The position numbers were made by a program, and so were the translations under genes. This document shows positions 9,875-18,576 of a DNA stretch of 25,416 bases, piece by piece. Below the pieces are notes generated by a model, which saw only the letters and a list, made by a program, of their open reading frames with translations, did no database searches and had not been told where the DNA came from. Every line of letters starts with the position of its first letter. Positions within the stretch are counted from its first letter, which is position 1. The DNA comes from a virus (Duplodnaviria; Caudoviricetes), in IMG/VR virus record IMGVR_UViG_3300030207_001989, positions 1 through 25,416 of that record; one strand, 5' to 3'.

Positions 9875-11140
9875 TTAGTCACCTCTTTTATAGAAAGCTG
9901 GGTTTAGTCTAACTAACCCGTTTTCCATCTTCATACCGAATTCTCTTTTGGTTTCTGGTACTTCACCTTCATCAGATGATTTACCTTTTCCGAAAGAGCG
10001 CTCGACTTCTGCGCTTGGCTCTGGCATTGCTGCTAAAGCGTCGCTAAATCCAGTCAATCTGGATTCATCCCATGCAGAGAGTTCCTCTACACGAGCATCC
10101 TTTTTGTCTTCTTCGATAGTACCGAATAAGATTTCTTTGGATATGATTGCTTCTACTGCTTCAACTTTTCGGGCTTCTGCTTCTTTCTCTAATCTTTCTT
10201 CTTCTGCTTTCTTGAAAGTTTCTAATTCTTTCATAGCTGCTTTAAATTCAGACTCGATTTCTTTCTTAGATGCTTCAGCTGCTTCTAGTTGTGTGCGTAG
10301 AGAAGCGAACTCGCGTTCGACAATGTTCTCTGCCTCGGATTTTACAGTTGTTTCTTTTGTCTCTTCTGACATAATTTCTACCTCTGTCTTCCCGTCTTCA
10401 CATGCACATGCTTCTTCTTCACCACCACAACCACAGTCGTGGTCGTCTTCAGATTTCTGTGCGTCACATTCCTTTCCATCTTCTATAGTACATTCTTTAC
10501 AGACGGGGTCCATTTTTTCATTGTCAATGAAACTTACCTCTGTGGGACGAATGTTGGTGGCGAAAGTGTCACCCATCACATCAATATCGTTTGAAAACCA
10601 ATCGATACTAACATGAGTCATGTCCCCGTCTTTGACTTTGTCCATCACTTCTTGACCGCGACCGTATTTATTAGATACTGTTGCCATCATCTTTACGGCG
10701 GTCTTTCCATTATCCATCTTGATTAGCTCAGGTTTCGTTGCCATGCCGATTAAGTCCTCAGCTGTTCTTTGATGGTCAATATAAATCGGGAGTTCTGAGA
10801 ACTTTTCTAGGTTGTCCTTCAACATACCTCCTTCAATATAAACTTTATGTTGTTCTCCTTCTACCTCATACTCATGAGGTCCGGATGTAATAGCGATTAC
10901 AGGAAACTCCACAGAGTCTATTCCTTCATCACTGGAAAATGTCATCTCATCACCTTCAGCTACATTCATACCGAATGTTCTGCGTGTAGGTTCTGTAGAC
11001 TTACCCTCTGCAAACTCCCGCTCTACGCCATTCTCTTGCGCCCACATGGTACACATGCCAGCTGCAATCTCTTCAGGGTTCTCAAAACCCCTCTTCTTCA
11101 GGTTTGATTTAGTTTGTATCATACATTTTTCAAATGTCAT
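9875..11140 (-). CDS. Prohead protease fused to a Cys-rich linker and a coiled-coil scaffold
   Basis: 'PIYIDH', 'HVSIDW' and 'EVSFID' match the HK97-type protease His/Ser/Glu pattern. The C-terminus is Glu/Lys/Ala-rich coiled coil. ATGA overlap with the portal gene. Confidence 0.8.
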   Translation of the reverse strand: MTFEKCMIQTKSNLKKRGFENPEEIAAGMCTMWAQENGVEREFAEGKSTEPTRRTFGMNVAEGDEMTFSSDEGIDSVEFPVIAITSGPHEYEVEGEQHKVYIEGGMLKDNLEKFSELPIYIDHQRTAEDLIGMATKPELIKMDNGKTAVKMMATVSNKYGRGQEVMDKVKDGDMTHVSIDWFSNDIDVMGDTFATNIRPTEVSFIDNEKMDPVCKECTIEDGKECDAQKSEDDHDCGCGGEEEACACEDGKTEVEIMSEETKETTVKSEAENIVEREFASLRTQLEAAEASKKEIESEFKAAMKELETFKKAEEERLEKEAEARKVEAVEAIISKEILFGTIEEDKKDARVEELSAWDESRLTGFSDALAAMPEPSAEVERSFGKGKSSDEGEVPETKREFGMKMENGLVRLNPAFYKRGD

Positions 11141-12441
11141 GCTCTATCTCCTGTTGCGTTTGCGGAGGGCTGATTGCCCCTATTTTGTGCTCTAGAGGAT
11201 TCTTCCCTTTTATCTTGGTCTTTTCCTCCAGATATGTTTACATTCTTGTCACTCTGTTCTTGTTCGATAGGAGAAGCTTTGATATCTTCAGATGTTTCCA
11301 TATCTAATGTGGCTACACCTTCTGGATTCAAACCTCTTTCCTCTCTTACTTCACCGGGTGATAAAACTCCTTCTGATAAATAAATCATATCTGTCTTAGC
11401 TTTAGTGAATGCATCGTTAACATTAATTTGCCTGAATTTGAATTTAGCCTCGCCAGATTCTAATTGTGGCATAAGTTGTGCGTTTATTGCTCCTTCTACC
11501 ATAGTTTGTAAATATCTTACATATGGTTCAAAAATAGGTCGTGCTTTTTCTGGGTCTGTCCACATAGTTCGTGGTGTTTTCAATGCGACATGTATTTTAT
11601 CTAATATGTCGTCAGTATATTTACCATACTCGAATGCACGTTGGGTTCCTTGTAGTTCTTTAATTACTATGTCGTTACCATGGATAATGTCTTCACCGGG
11701 AGCAAGATTGTTAAAAGCATCTACTATTTCATTAATTTTATCTGGACCATACGGCATATCTGGTAATCCAGCACTAACGTCAAATCTACTAGTAGCATAT
11801 TTGTTTAGCGCAGCACCTATATCTCTTTCTGCATAATCTTTCAAATCAACTAAATATAATATTGGGTGTATGTCTGACAACCCATACGCTAAATCATCAA
11901 AAGAGTTATTATTCAATGCTATTATCTCTTGTTCTTCAAATCTAACGTTTTCTTCATCATCTCCAGTTTTTTGGTAATAATATTCTATTTGTCCATGTTC
12001 GTTTCTTTTAACAAACATATTTTGACTAGAGCGAAGAACTAAATTGTCACCAGTCCACTCTAAGTATCCACTACCAAAAATTCTTGCATTCCTCAACCAC
12101 CCGTATAAAATGTGTTCAATATTAATATCTCTAAACATTTCTTCAACCTCTTCTCTGAGGTTATCGTCATCAGTTACAATATCAAAATTATCTTTGACAG
12201 CGTATAAACATGGTAAGTCAATTAATGTTCTAACTATAGGGTCAGATAAATAAACATTCATATAGGTTCTATTTTTACCTATATGTGGTTCATAGTCCTT
12301 TGACTGACCTGCATTAAAACCTCGATTGATTTTAAGACGTTGTATTACTCCATCACCGTAACTTCGGGGGTCGTCTTTCTTGTACGCAGGATTACTTCCA
12401 ATAGATGCAAATCTGCGTCTAACATTATCTATAAACGACAT
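11137..12441 (-). CDS. Portal protein
   Basis: 434 aa directly after TerL; portal-type motifs 'IFGSGYLE', 'AYGLSDI' and 'GVLSPGEVREERGL'. Confidence 0.9.
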   Translation of the reverse strand: MSFIDNVRRRFASIGSNPAYKKDDPRSYGDGVIQRLKINRGFNAGQSKDYEPHIGKNRTYMNVYLSDPIVRTLIDLPCLYAVKDNFDIVTDDDNLREEVEEMFRDINIEHILYGWLRNARIFGSGYLEWTGDNLVLRSSQNMFVKRNEHGQIEYYYQKTGDDEENVRFEEQEIIALNNNSFDDLAYGLSDIHPILYLVDLKDYAERDIGAALNKYATSRFDVSAGLPDMPYGPDKINEIVDAFNNLAPGEDIIHGNDIVIKELQGTQRAFEYGKYTDDILDKIHVALKTPRTMWTDPEKARPIFEPYVRYLQTMVEGAINAQLMPQLESGEAKFKFRQINVNDAFTKAKTDMIYLSEGVLSPGEVREERGLNPEGVATLDMETSEDIKASPIEQEQSDKNVNISGGKDQDKREESSRAQNRGNQPSANATGDRA

Positions 12442-12451
12442 GGCTTTAAAT

Positions 12452-12480
12452 AATTAATCTTAATGAGTATATAAAGTTTT
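12452..12480 (-). promoter_or_regulatory. Promoter for the portal-protease-capsid operon
   Basis: Minus strand AAAACTTTATATACT-N6-GATTAATT, a short distance upstream of the portal ATG. Confidence 0.7.
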
Positions 12481-12482
12481 TG

Positions 12483-14150
12483 TTAGAATCCACGTAGAGG
12501 CTGCTTATTCAGTGAAACTTTTCGCCTTGCAGTAGCAAAAAGTGGTCCTTTACTGTGTTGAGAACGATTATTATAATTTTTATTAATAGGGCGTGAAACT
12601 ATAGATTGACCAAAGTTACCAGACATAGGTAACATAGATAATGTAGCATGTACACCCATAGCAGAACTATCACAATAATCATCATGTTTACCTGAAGGTG
12701 CAGCTATTTTTTCTGTTTTTTGTGCAGCATCCATGGTATATTCTAATTCTATGTGTTCTCTAGTCCATTTATGTATAAGTTTAGCATCATCTGGTTCTAA
12801 ATTGTCTGGATTTGGTACTTTTATTCTTCCTTGTTGTATATATGAGACAAAATCTCTGTACATTTGTGTTTTAGTACCTTTAGGACCACCTGTGAAAACG
12901 AAAGCAACGAAATGAACACCAACATCTAAACACGCCATCCGTAAATCTTGTTCAACCGCACCACCAATACCAGTACAATCGACAATAAGACGAGAAGCCC
13001 CAAGCTGAGTGGTAATGTCCATAATACGTTGACGTTGGTATGGGATATCGTGTCCCCCAGTTCTAGCATTGATTTCTTCAATGTATACAAGCCGTGCAAT
13101 ATTTTGCTCATTAGACTTATCAAGGGACCATGCACTAATAACAGTAGAGTTAACAGATTTACCAATGTCAACCCCAACAGTAATGTTGCCTCCTCCCTTG
13201 TGTCCATGTTCATCCAATTTAATAATTTCGTAATCATCATAACACCTTTTTATTTTTTCTGCGTTAAAAACATTCGATACAGACTCTACAAACTCACATT
13301 CGTATTCAGTCCTCCAATAAATGGAGTCTTCACCCCATTCTGTCATTTTATCTAACATTTCTTCTTCAGTGTAAGGTGGTGAGTATGCATCCCCTTTCTT
13401 CACTGCGTCTCTCCATGTATAATGTAATCTAGTAAAAGTATCTGAGTAACCCTCATCATATAAATATCTCCACATATGATTGTCTTTTGACTTGGGTGTG
13501 CCTAAATTAATAAATGGTGCTTTATTAGATACTATAGCGGGTTCAACATTATCAATGAACAGTTTATCGTCGATGAGTGGAGACTCATCAACTACTAAGA
13601 ACGTAGGATGTTGTCCTCGTATAGCTTGTCCTTGATTACTAGGCGCCAACGGAGCTCTTCTCATAACTGTGCCCCCCTTAAGTGTTATGTTGGGCTTATT
13701 ATGAAATCTATAATTCTCTACTAAAGCATTTAGGAAAGTGTTATCAGCAAAGTGTCTATACACGTAATTAAAGATTAATGCTGCTTGGTCTTCTGTAGGA
13801 GCCAGTATAAATACTAAATCCCTAAATCTATTAAAAAACATATATATAGTGACTGCTACTGATAAAGCAAAAGATTTACCACTTCCTCGTGGTGCTAAAA
13901 TTGCTAACTTTTTTTGTTTATCGTCATCTCTTTCTGTTAGACATTCTAAAACTATGTCTTCTTGTAGAGGTCTCAAACGAAGTGGGCGTTGTTTATTATC
14001 AATTAGATACGCAGAACAAAAGGCTCTGACCAATTTGCGCATCTTTTCTTTGTCATTTCTGCACTTTTTAAAAATAAGTTCTAATTGTCTTGAATCTAAT
14101 CCACCTTTACCTGTCAGTAGGTTTTTCAAGTGACTTTTTTCCGTCGTCAT
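12483..14150 (-). CDS. terL: Terminase large subunit
   Basis: Walker A 'APRGSGKS', Walker B 'LVVDE', coupling motif 'LGTP', RNase H-like 'GVDIG' and 'HDDYCDS'. Confidence 0.95.
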   Translation of the reverse strand: MTTEKSHLKNLLTGKGGLDSRQLELIFKKCRNDKEKMRKLVRAFCSAYLIDNKQRPLRLRPLQEDIVLECLTERDDDKQKKLAILAPRGSGKSFALSVAVTIYMFFNRFRDLVFILAPTEDQAALIFNYVYRHFADNTFLNALVENYRFHNKPNITLKGGTVMRRAPLAPSNQGQAIRGQHPTFLVVDESPLIDDKLFIDNVEPAIVSNKAPFINLGTPKSKDNHMWRYLYDEGYSDTFTRLHYTWRDAVKKGDAYSPPYTEEEMLDKMTEWGEDSIYWRTEYECEFVESVSNVFNAEKIKRCYDDYEIIKLDEHGHKGGGNITVGVDIGKSVNSTVISAWSLDKSNEQNIARLVYIEEINARTGGHDIPYQRQRIMDITTQLGASRLIVDCTGIGGAVEQDLRMACLDVGVHFVAFVFTGGPKGTKTQMYRDFVSYIQQGRIKVPNPDNLEPDDAKLIHKWTREHIELEYTMDAAQKTEKIAAPSGKHDDYCDSSAMGVHATLSMLPMSGNFGQSIVSRPINKNYNNRSQHSKGPLFATARRKVSLNKQPLRGF

Positions 14151-14442
14151 CCGTTAGTTCCTCTAAAAATGCACCAAAATCCGCAGTATTCTTTTCAACT
14201 TGCGTAGGTACTTCTATGTTAAGCGCTCTGAATTCTGTATGGATATCACGTACTATTTGGTTTCGTTGTCGCAAGAGCTCTGTTCTAGCGTTAACATCCC
14301 GAATACATACAAGAATTTCCGACCACAACAGGTCTTCAAGCGCAAGATTACGTGCCAGAAGGCGGACAAGCTCTTTATGACGTACATATTCTGCTTCTCC
14401 AACCCTCTCGCGTAATCTCGTCTCGTATTCCTCTACGTTCAA
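14107..14442 (-). CDS. Probable terminase small subunit
   Basis: 111-aa helical protein immediately upstream of and overlapping terL; the assignment is positional. Confidence 0.55.
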   Translation of the reverse strand: MNVEEYETRLRERVGEAEYVRHKELVRLLARNLALEDLLWSEILVCIRDVNARTELLRQRNQIVRDIHTEFRALNIEVPTQVEKNTADFGAFLEELTDDDGKKSLEKPTDR

Positions 14443-14864
14443 AGCTCTTTCCCTTCATCGAGGGCTGCTTTGACTTTAGATTTAACAAGACTAGCTAGCT
14501 CGTCATCCTTTTCATCCCAAGCTGTAATTAATACATTTCGGACTAAAGAGTCTTTGACGTGCTTTTGTGCTGTTTCATCTAGCTTTTCAAAAGCTTTTAT
14601 CTGTGCTTTTGTTAGATTCTTATCTAGTAAATCCATTAACTCAGCTTCGTTATTCTTTAAGTATTTAAAAACTAACTCTTTTACTGCAGGTACGGTGTAA
14701 GCTACGTAAGCTCCTAAACCTAATACCAATGCAGCTAATGCTGCTAATAATGGGTCGTCCATCAAAGCGTCTAACATTCCAGATTCTTCTACAGTGTCAA
14801 TGATAGCGGTAAGGTTACCCTCACTGGTCTCATTCCCTGCTGTTTCATTTGTTGTATTGTTCAT
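14439..14864 (-). CDS. Single-pass membrane protein with N-terminal N-glycosylation sequons
   Basis: ATG 14864 (GGAG SD upstream) is preferred over the track start 14894. Sequence MNNTTNETAGNETSEGNLT..., then the TM segment LLAALAALVLGLGAYVAYTV and a helical tail. Confidence 0.7.
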   Translation of the reverse strand: MNNTTNETAGNETSEGNLTAIIDTVEESGMLDALMDDPLLAALAALVLGLGAYVAYTVPAVKELVFKYLKNNEAELMDLLDKNLTKAQIKAFEKLDETAQKHVKDSLVRNVLITAWDEKDDELASLVKSKVKAALDEGKEL

Positions 14865-14966
14865 ATGTTGATATCTCCATATTGGGGCTCCCACGTGGCA
14901 CTTGCGATAAGTAACCTATGGAGCAATGGCCCTGTGGCGGGTGCCCATACATATTTAGAAGTAGTA

Positions 14967-14980
14967 AGTATATAAAGCTT
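14967..14980 (-). promoter_or_regulatory. Promoter for the membrane protein-TerS-TerL unit
   Basis: Minus strand AAGCTTTATATACT. Confidence 0.65.
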
Positions 14981-15275
14981 ACCATTTAACTCGATTAGCC
15001 CAGTAAGCAGCTGACATTTTACCTTTCTTAATGTTCTTAGCGTGGCGCGCTTTAAAACTCTTTCGTCTGGCTTTCTGTCTAGCAGACTCACCTTTCTTAG
15101 GTTTACCTGCCGTTCTAACTCCTTGCTGACCAAATCTAATTAATTTTGTCTTTGTTCCTTCTTTGGCAACAACGACATGAGACTTTTTTGGATGATTAGG
15201 TGTTCTCTTTGGTTTATTATAACCTGATACTCCTGCTCTAACAAGTTTTGGGTCTCTTTTCTTTTTTGGTGCCAT
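14979..15275 (-). CDS. Small highly basic viral protein (98 aa)
   Basis: 'KLIRFGQQG...RRKSFKARH...SAAYWA' is a pattern I recognise from small basic proteins of aquatic phages. TAATG coupling to the upstream ORF. Confidence 0.8.
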   Translation of the reverse strand: MAPKKKRDPKLVRAGVSGYNKPKRTPNHPKKSHVVVAKEGTKTKLIRFGQQGVRTAGKPKKGESARQKARRKSFKARHAKNIKKGKMSAAYWANRVKW

Positions 15276-15448
15276 TATTTACCTCTTTGTTTTCTCGCTG
15301 TAGCTTTTGCTTTCTTTGAGAGTTCACCATAATGAAATATTCTTTTAGATGATTTAGTGTGTGTCTTACCAGAATGTATTTGACCATTTGGCATTTTGTG
15401 TACTTGACCTTTGAATACTTTACCATCCTTGGTGTAGTGTTTTCTCAT
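15275..15448 (-). CDS. Small basic His-containing protein (57 aa)
   Basis: Not in the track. MRKHYTKDGKVFKGQVHKMPNGQIHSGKTHTKSSKRIFHYGELSKKAKATARKQRGK, with TAATG overlaps at both ends. Confidence 0.75.
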   Translation of the reverse strand: MRKHYTKDGKVFKGQVHKMPNGQIHSGKTHTKSSKRIFHYGELSKKAKATARKQRGK

Positions 15449-15495
15449 TAGTACTTCCTCTTCATCTTTTTGGATTTCTTCTTTTTATAAACCAT
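15448..15495 (-). CDS. 15-aa lysine-rich micropeptide MVYKKKKSKKMKRKY
   Basis: Exactly fills the gap between two genes, with TAATG stop/start overlaps at both ends. Confidence 0.6.
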   Translation of the reverse strand: MVYKKKKSKKMKRKY

Positions 15496-15740
15496 TATTT
15501 AGCCCTCCTAACTGCTTTTTTAATTTTCTTAGAATACTTTGCTCTACTACCCACTCCACCAGCTTTACGTTTCTTGCGGTTCGTTGCTGCTTTCTGTCCT
15601 TTGGTTAGTCGAGACCTGACACTTTTAGGTAAGTATCGGCCTCGCTTAGATTTAGGTTTCTTTTCGTCACCTTTTGAAACATAGCCCCATTTCTGTTTGC
15701 CCCACTTCTTCAAAGACTTTTGGGACTTTTTAAGAGCCAT
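15495..15740 (-). CDS. Small highly basic protein (81 aa)
   Basis: 'SQKSLKKWGKQKW...GRYLPK...ATNRKKR'; TAATG-coupled; resembles the C-terminal half of DUF5872-like proteins. Confidence 0.75.
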   Translation of the reverse strand: MALKKSQKSLKKWGKQKWGYVSKGDEKKPKSKRGRYLPKSVRSRLTKGQKAATNRKKRKAGGVGSRAKYSKKIKKAVRRAK

Positions 15741-15925
15741 TAACGATATCCTCCCCCGGCAGCTTTGTATTGCTTAGCTAGCATTTGTGCTTTGCGTGCT
15801 GACCATTGACCGGGAGCTCCACCTTTACTACCTGCTTTGATTTTATTAAATAATCTTTTGCGCATAGTAGGTTTGGTATAGTTACCTGCTTCATTAACTC
15901 TTGACTTGCTTTTTTTCATCGCCAT
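15740..15925 (-). CDS. Small basic protein, DUF5872-like (61 aa)
   Basis: 'NYTKPTMRKRL...GSKGGAPGQWSARKAQMLAKQYKAAGGGY' motif. Confidence 0.75.
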   Translation of the reverse strand: MAMKKSKSRVNEAGNYTKPTMRKRLFNKIKAGSKGGAPGQWSARKAQMLAKQYKAAGGGYR

Positions 15926-15938
15926 GTTTACTCGAGTA

Positions 15939-16049
15939 TTACTTTTTTGCTTTTTTAGCTTTTGGTTTGGATTCTTTCTTAGCCACAGGCTTTTCTTCTT
16001 CGGCTACTATAAGTGAGCCGTCTTTATTTCTCGTTGGTAGTCTTGTCAT
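15939..16049 (-). CDS. 36-aa Lys-rich peptide
   Basis: Not in the track. AGGAG SD, then MTRLPTRNKDGSLIVAEEEKPVAKKESKPKAKKAKK. Confidence 0.6.
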   Translation of the reverse strand: MTRLPTRNKDGSLIVAEEEKPVAKKESKPKAKKAKK

Positions 16050-16057
16050 TGTTTCTC

Positions 16058-16333
16058 CTAGTTGCCTCCGGAAGATAATGTTTGACTTTTACTTCCCGGT
16101 GCATAATTACTTTTATCTGCTATAAAATCAGAATTAGGGTGAGACATTACATCTTTTCCATCCATGTATATTGGTTTCTCCATCGCTGCTTCAGACTTTG
16201 GTATTTCTTCATAGATAGTTGTTGGCTTGTTATAGTTCATCATATCTATTTCTGCCTTGTCTGGCTTTTCGAAGTAGAGTTTCATGTCTGGGTTGTTACC
16301 AGAAAAATGTTCTCCTTTTAATATTTTTTCCAT
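16058..16333 (-). CDS. Hypothetical protein (91 aa)
   Basis: GAGG SD; fits the tightly packed minus-strand operon. Confidence 0.65.
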   Translation of the reverse strand: MEKILKGEHFSGNNPDMKLYFEKPDKAEIDMMNYNKPTTIYEEIPKSEAAMEKPIYMDGKDVMSHPNSDFIADKSNYAPGSKSQTLSSGGN

Positions 16334-16335
16334 AG

Positions 16336-16428
16336 TTATTCCTCTTTAATTTTTTCTTCCAGTGCATTCAAACGCACTTCTAATGCTTGAACTTGATTAT
16401 ACAAGTCTCTTACTTCAAAGTCATTCAT
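16336..16428 (-). CDS. 30-aa coiled-coil peptide
   Basis: Not in the track. MNDFEVRDLYNQVQALEVRLNALEEKIKEE; ATGA overlap with the upstream gene and a GGAG SD. Confidence 0.6.
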   Translation of the reverse strand: MNDFEVRDLYNQVQALEVRLNALEEKIKEE

Positions 16429-16949
16429 TTTTTGTTCTCCATTTTATGTTCTTGTTCTTGTGCTTTAGATTCTATCATCTGAGATTGTTTCTGAGCAGCA
16501 TCGTTATAATCAATAACAGCTTGTGCTTTTATTTTATAAAATGCAGTTTTTTCTGCTTGTTCTTGTTTCCATACATCTAGAGCATCCTTGATAATCAATA
16601 AGGCAGGACCTCCGAGAATAGCAATCAAAGTAGTGTATCCTTCGATTTGGTCAAGAACTGCTGCGTCTTGCAGTCCATGAAATATAACATATCCTGCGAA
16701 ACCAACCCAGAGAAGAACTAAAGGTACAGCAATCATAAACATAAAAAGGTCATTAAATGTGACTCCTTCTTTTGCTACATCTTTATCTCTCATTTTTATA
16801 TTCTCCTGTTTCCATTCCGGTAGCTTTGGTATTGATACTTTTTTTACGGCGCGTGATATAAGAGCCCATATTACTAAAGCTCCTGCAGTTATTGCTAGTA
16901 TCGCCACACCCACAGCTAATATTGTTAATATTTCTATCCACTTTATCAT
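16425..16949 (-). CDS. Membrane protein with about 3 TM helices (holin-like candidate)
   Basis: Hydrophobic runs at roughly aa 5-31, 68-92 and 106-121, and a charged coiled C-terminus. GGTGAGGAGG SD and ATGA overlap. Confidence 0.7.
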   Translation of the reverse strand: MIKWIEILTILAVGVAILAITAGALVIWALISRAVKKVSIPKLPEWKQENIKMRDKDVAKEGVTFNDLFMFMIAVPLVLLWVGFAGYVIFHGLQDAAVLDQIEGYTTLIAILGGPALLIIKDALDVWKQEQAEKTAFYKIKAQAVIDYNDAAQKQSQMIESKAQEQEHKMENKK

Positions 16950-17068
16950 TCCTCCTCACCTACAAAATCATCAAATGTACTTTCCTTTATCATTGCTTTT
17001 ACATCATCTAATTCTGAGATTATCTTTCCTAACATATTTGTTAAGACTAACATTTGGTTAGCCTTCAT
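16946..17068 (-). CDS. 40-aa hypothetical peptide
   Basis: Not in the track. GGAGG SD, then MKANQMLVLTNMLGKIISELDDVKAMIKESTFDDFVGEEE, ATGA-coupled to the next gene. Confidence 0.6.
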   Translation of the reverse strand: MKANQMLVLTNMLGKIISELDDVKAMIKESTFDDFVGEEE

Positions 17069-17121
17069 TCTTCCTCCAATAGAACAATTGCGCGCGCCAT
17101 GTATATTTTTACATGACGCGA

Positions 17122-17134
17122 CTATATAAAGATT
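17122..17134 (-). promoter_or_regulatory. TATA promoter for the small-protein operon
   Basis: Minus strand AATCTTTATATAG, just after the nuclease stop codon. Confidence 0.6.
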
Positions 17135-17137
17135 ACC

Positions 17138-18112
17138 CTAGTCAAAGTCAGGAAACTGAGATTGAGACTCAACGTCTATGTTAATCTTAGTTTTACTATC
17201 TATATCTGAGTAGTTTTCTTTTTTACGTTTCTTAAATTTTGGTTTCCATGTTGGTATCTCTGCATCACAGGGGCCGCCCTGCGATTTGTGGAATGAACAC
17301 CACTTACACAGGTTTTGCGGCTTCTGTTCATATCTATCTTCATATTCCTCTCGTTCCTTTATGCAGTCGTGTACCATCTTAATAAGGTCCCTAGCCTCAT
17401 CAAGTTCGGCCTGACCAACCTTTACAAAAAAGGTATCATCAAAGCGTAGGTAATTAACACCTACAAAGTTTGGCATCTCTCCCATCTCTAGGGTGTATAG
17501 GAAAGCGTAAATGATAAGTTGTCTGTAATATTCTTCTGGTAGGTATGGTCCATACCTTTTTGATGTCTTGTAATCTAACAACGTAGTACCACCATCAAAG
17601 TCATTGCATACTACATCAATAACTCCTACTATTGCGTACTCTTTTGACTTAACCCACTTCTCAGCATACTTAGGTGCTACAGCATTCCAAGCCTGTTGTT
17701 TGTTTTTAAATATCTTCCAATCAACCATTTCACCAAGTTTCTTATTTACTGAGTCAACGAAGTTTTGTAGTAATGCTTCTGTTTCTTTATACATAGCATC
17801 CATCTCTTCTTTGGTGTGTACTTCCCATAACCATTTATGTTTAGCTATCTTCTCTTCCCATCCATCTTCAAACTGTCCTTGTACCCATAACTTTGGTACT
17901 CCTTTCTCCCACTGTGGTAATGTTTTAAATTGTTTTTTAAATAAGTCTTCCAATATCTGGTGTACTAACGTACCACGAAATAGGTGTATAGTTTTCTTCT
18001 GAGGTAGCTTGGCTATGTAGTTATAGTAAAATTCACGAGGACACTTCAGATAAGTGTTTATTTTAGAAGGACTAAGCCTCATATGGCTAGCGGTCCAATC
18101 ACTCATTGTCAC
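17138..18112 (-). CDS. Cas4/AddB-like PD-(D/E)xK exonuclease with Fe-S cysteines
   Basis: 'LSPSKINTYLKCP', 'GTLVHQILE', 'GVIDVV...LLDYKTS', 'QLIIYA' and a C-terminal 'CKWC...C', giving the 1+3 Cys staple. Confidence 0.9.
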   Translation of the reverse strand: MTMSDWTASHMRLSPSKINTYLKCPREFYYNYIAKLPQKKTIHLFRGTLVHQILEDLFKKQFKTLPQWEKGVPKLWVQGQFEDGWEEKIAKHKWLWEVHTKEEMDAMYKETEALLQNFVDSVNKKLGEMVDWKIFKNKQQAWNAVAPKYAEKWVKSKEYAIVGVIDVVCNDFDGGTTLLDYKTSKRYGPYLPEEYYRQLIIYAFLYTLEMGEMPNFVGVNYLRFDDTFFVKVGQAELDEARDLIKMVHDCIKEREEYEDRYEQKPQNLCKWCSFHKSQGGPCDAEIPTWKPKFKKRKKENYSDIDSKTKINIDVESQSQFPDFD

Positions 18113-18554
18113 ACAACTCCGACTTCTTTTCTATTGGCTTCATCTCGTCGCCGGGGTCTGAAACGAACACCCTAGGTGTCTCATGGCTCCACGGGGGTGC
18201 GTAACCTTCAGCATCAAGCTCTACTTGGCAACTACAATTATGCCACCCATGTTCACAATTACACGTGGTCCATACAGTCTCCTTGCTGCCGCTACGCTCC
18301 CGCGCAATTTTGAGAAGTATCATGTAGCCTATGAGGTCATCAAGTGTATCCTCTGTTCTGTCATCAAGTCCCACGTTTTTGATACGTGAAAGCTTGTCAT
18401 CGATACGTGCACAGATAGCCTGTGCTGAATCGAGCTTACTAAAAATATTGTCAGGTTCTAATGCACTGTCGCCATACGCTTTGTTCTTGGCTAGTAGCAA
18501 ATCCCTGATTTCATTACATGTCCACTTTATGGAGTTCTGCGTACTTTTTGTCAT
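18099..18554 (-). CDS. DUF1599 / nucleotide-modification-associated (MazG-like all-alpha) protein with a Cys/His-rich tail
   Basis: 'KNKAYGDS', 'RIDDKLSRI' and 'EDTLDDLIGY'; C-terminal CNCEHGWHNCSC. Confidence 0.75.
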   Translation of the reverse strand: MTKSTQNSIKWTCNEIRDLLLAKNKAYGDSALEPDNIFSKLDSAQAICARIDDKLSRIKNVGLDDRTEDTLDDLIGYMILLKIARERSGSKETVWTTCNCEHGWHNCSCQVELDAEGYAPPWSHETPRVFVSDPGDEMKPIEKKSELCDNE

Positions 18555-18576
18555 ACGTATTATTTTACACAGCTGG

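Noticed and set aside
14875-14948. HDV-like/theta ribozyme in the terminase-operon leader
   Set aside because: A P2-like pairing exists, but I could not build canonical P1, P3, L3 and P1.1 elements.
15238-15426. 62-aa minus-strand ORF from the track
   Set aside because: The alternative frame 15275..15448 has exact TAATG coupling at both ends and a more protein-like sequence.
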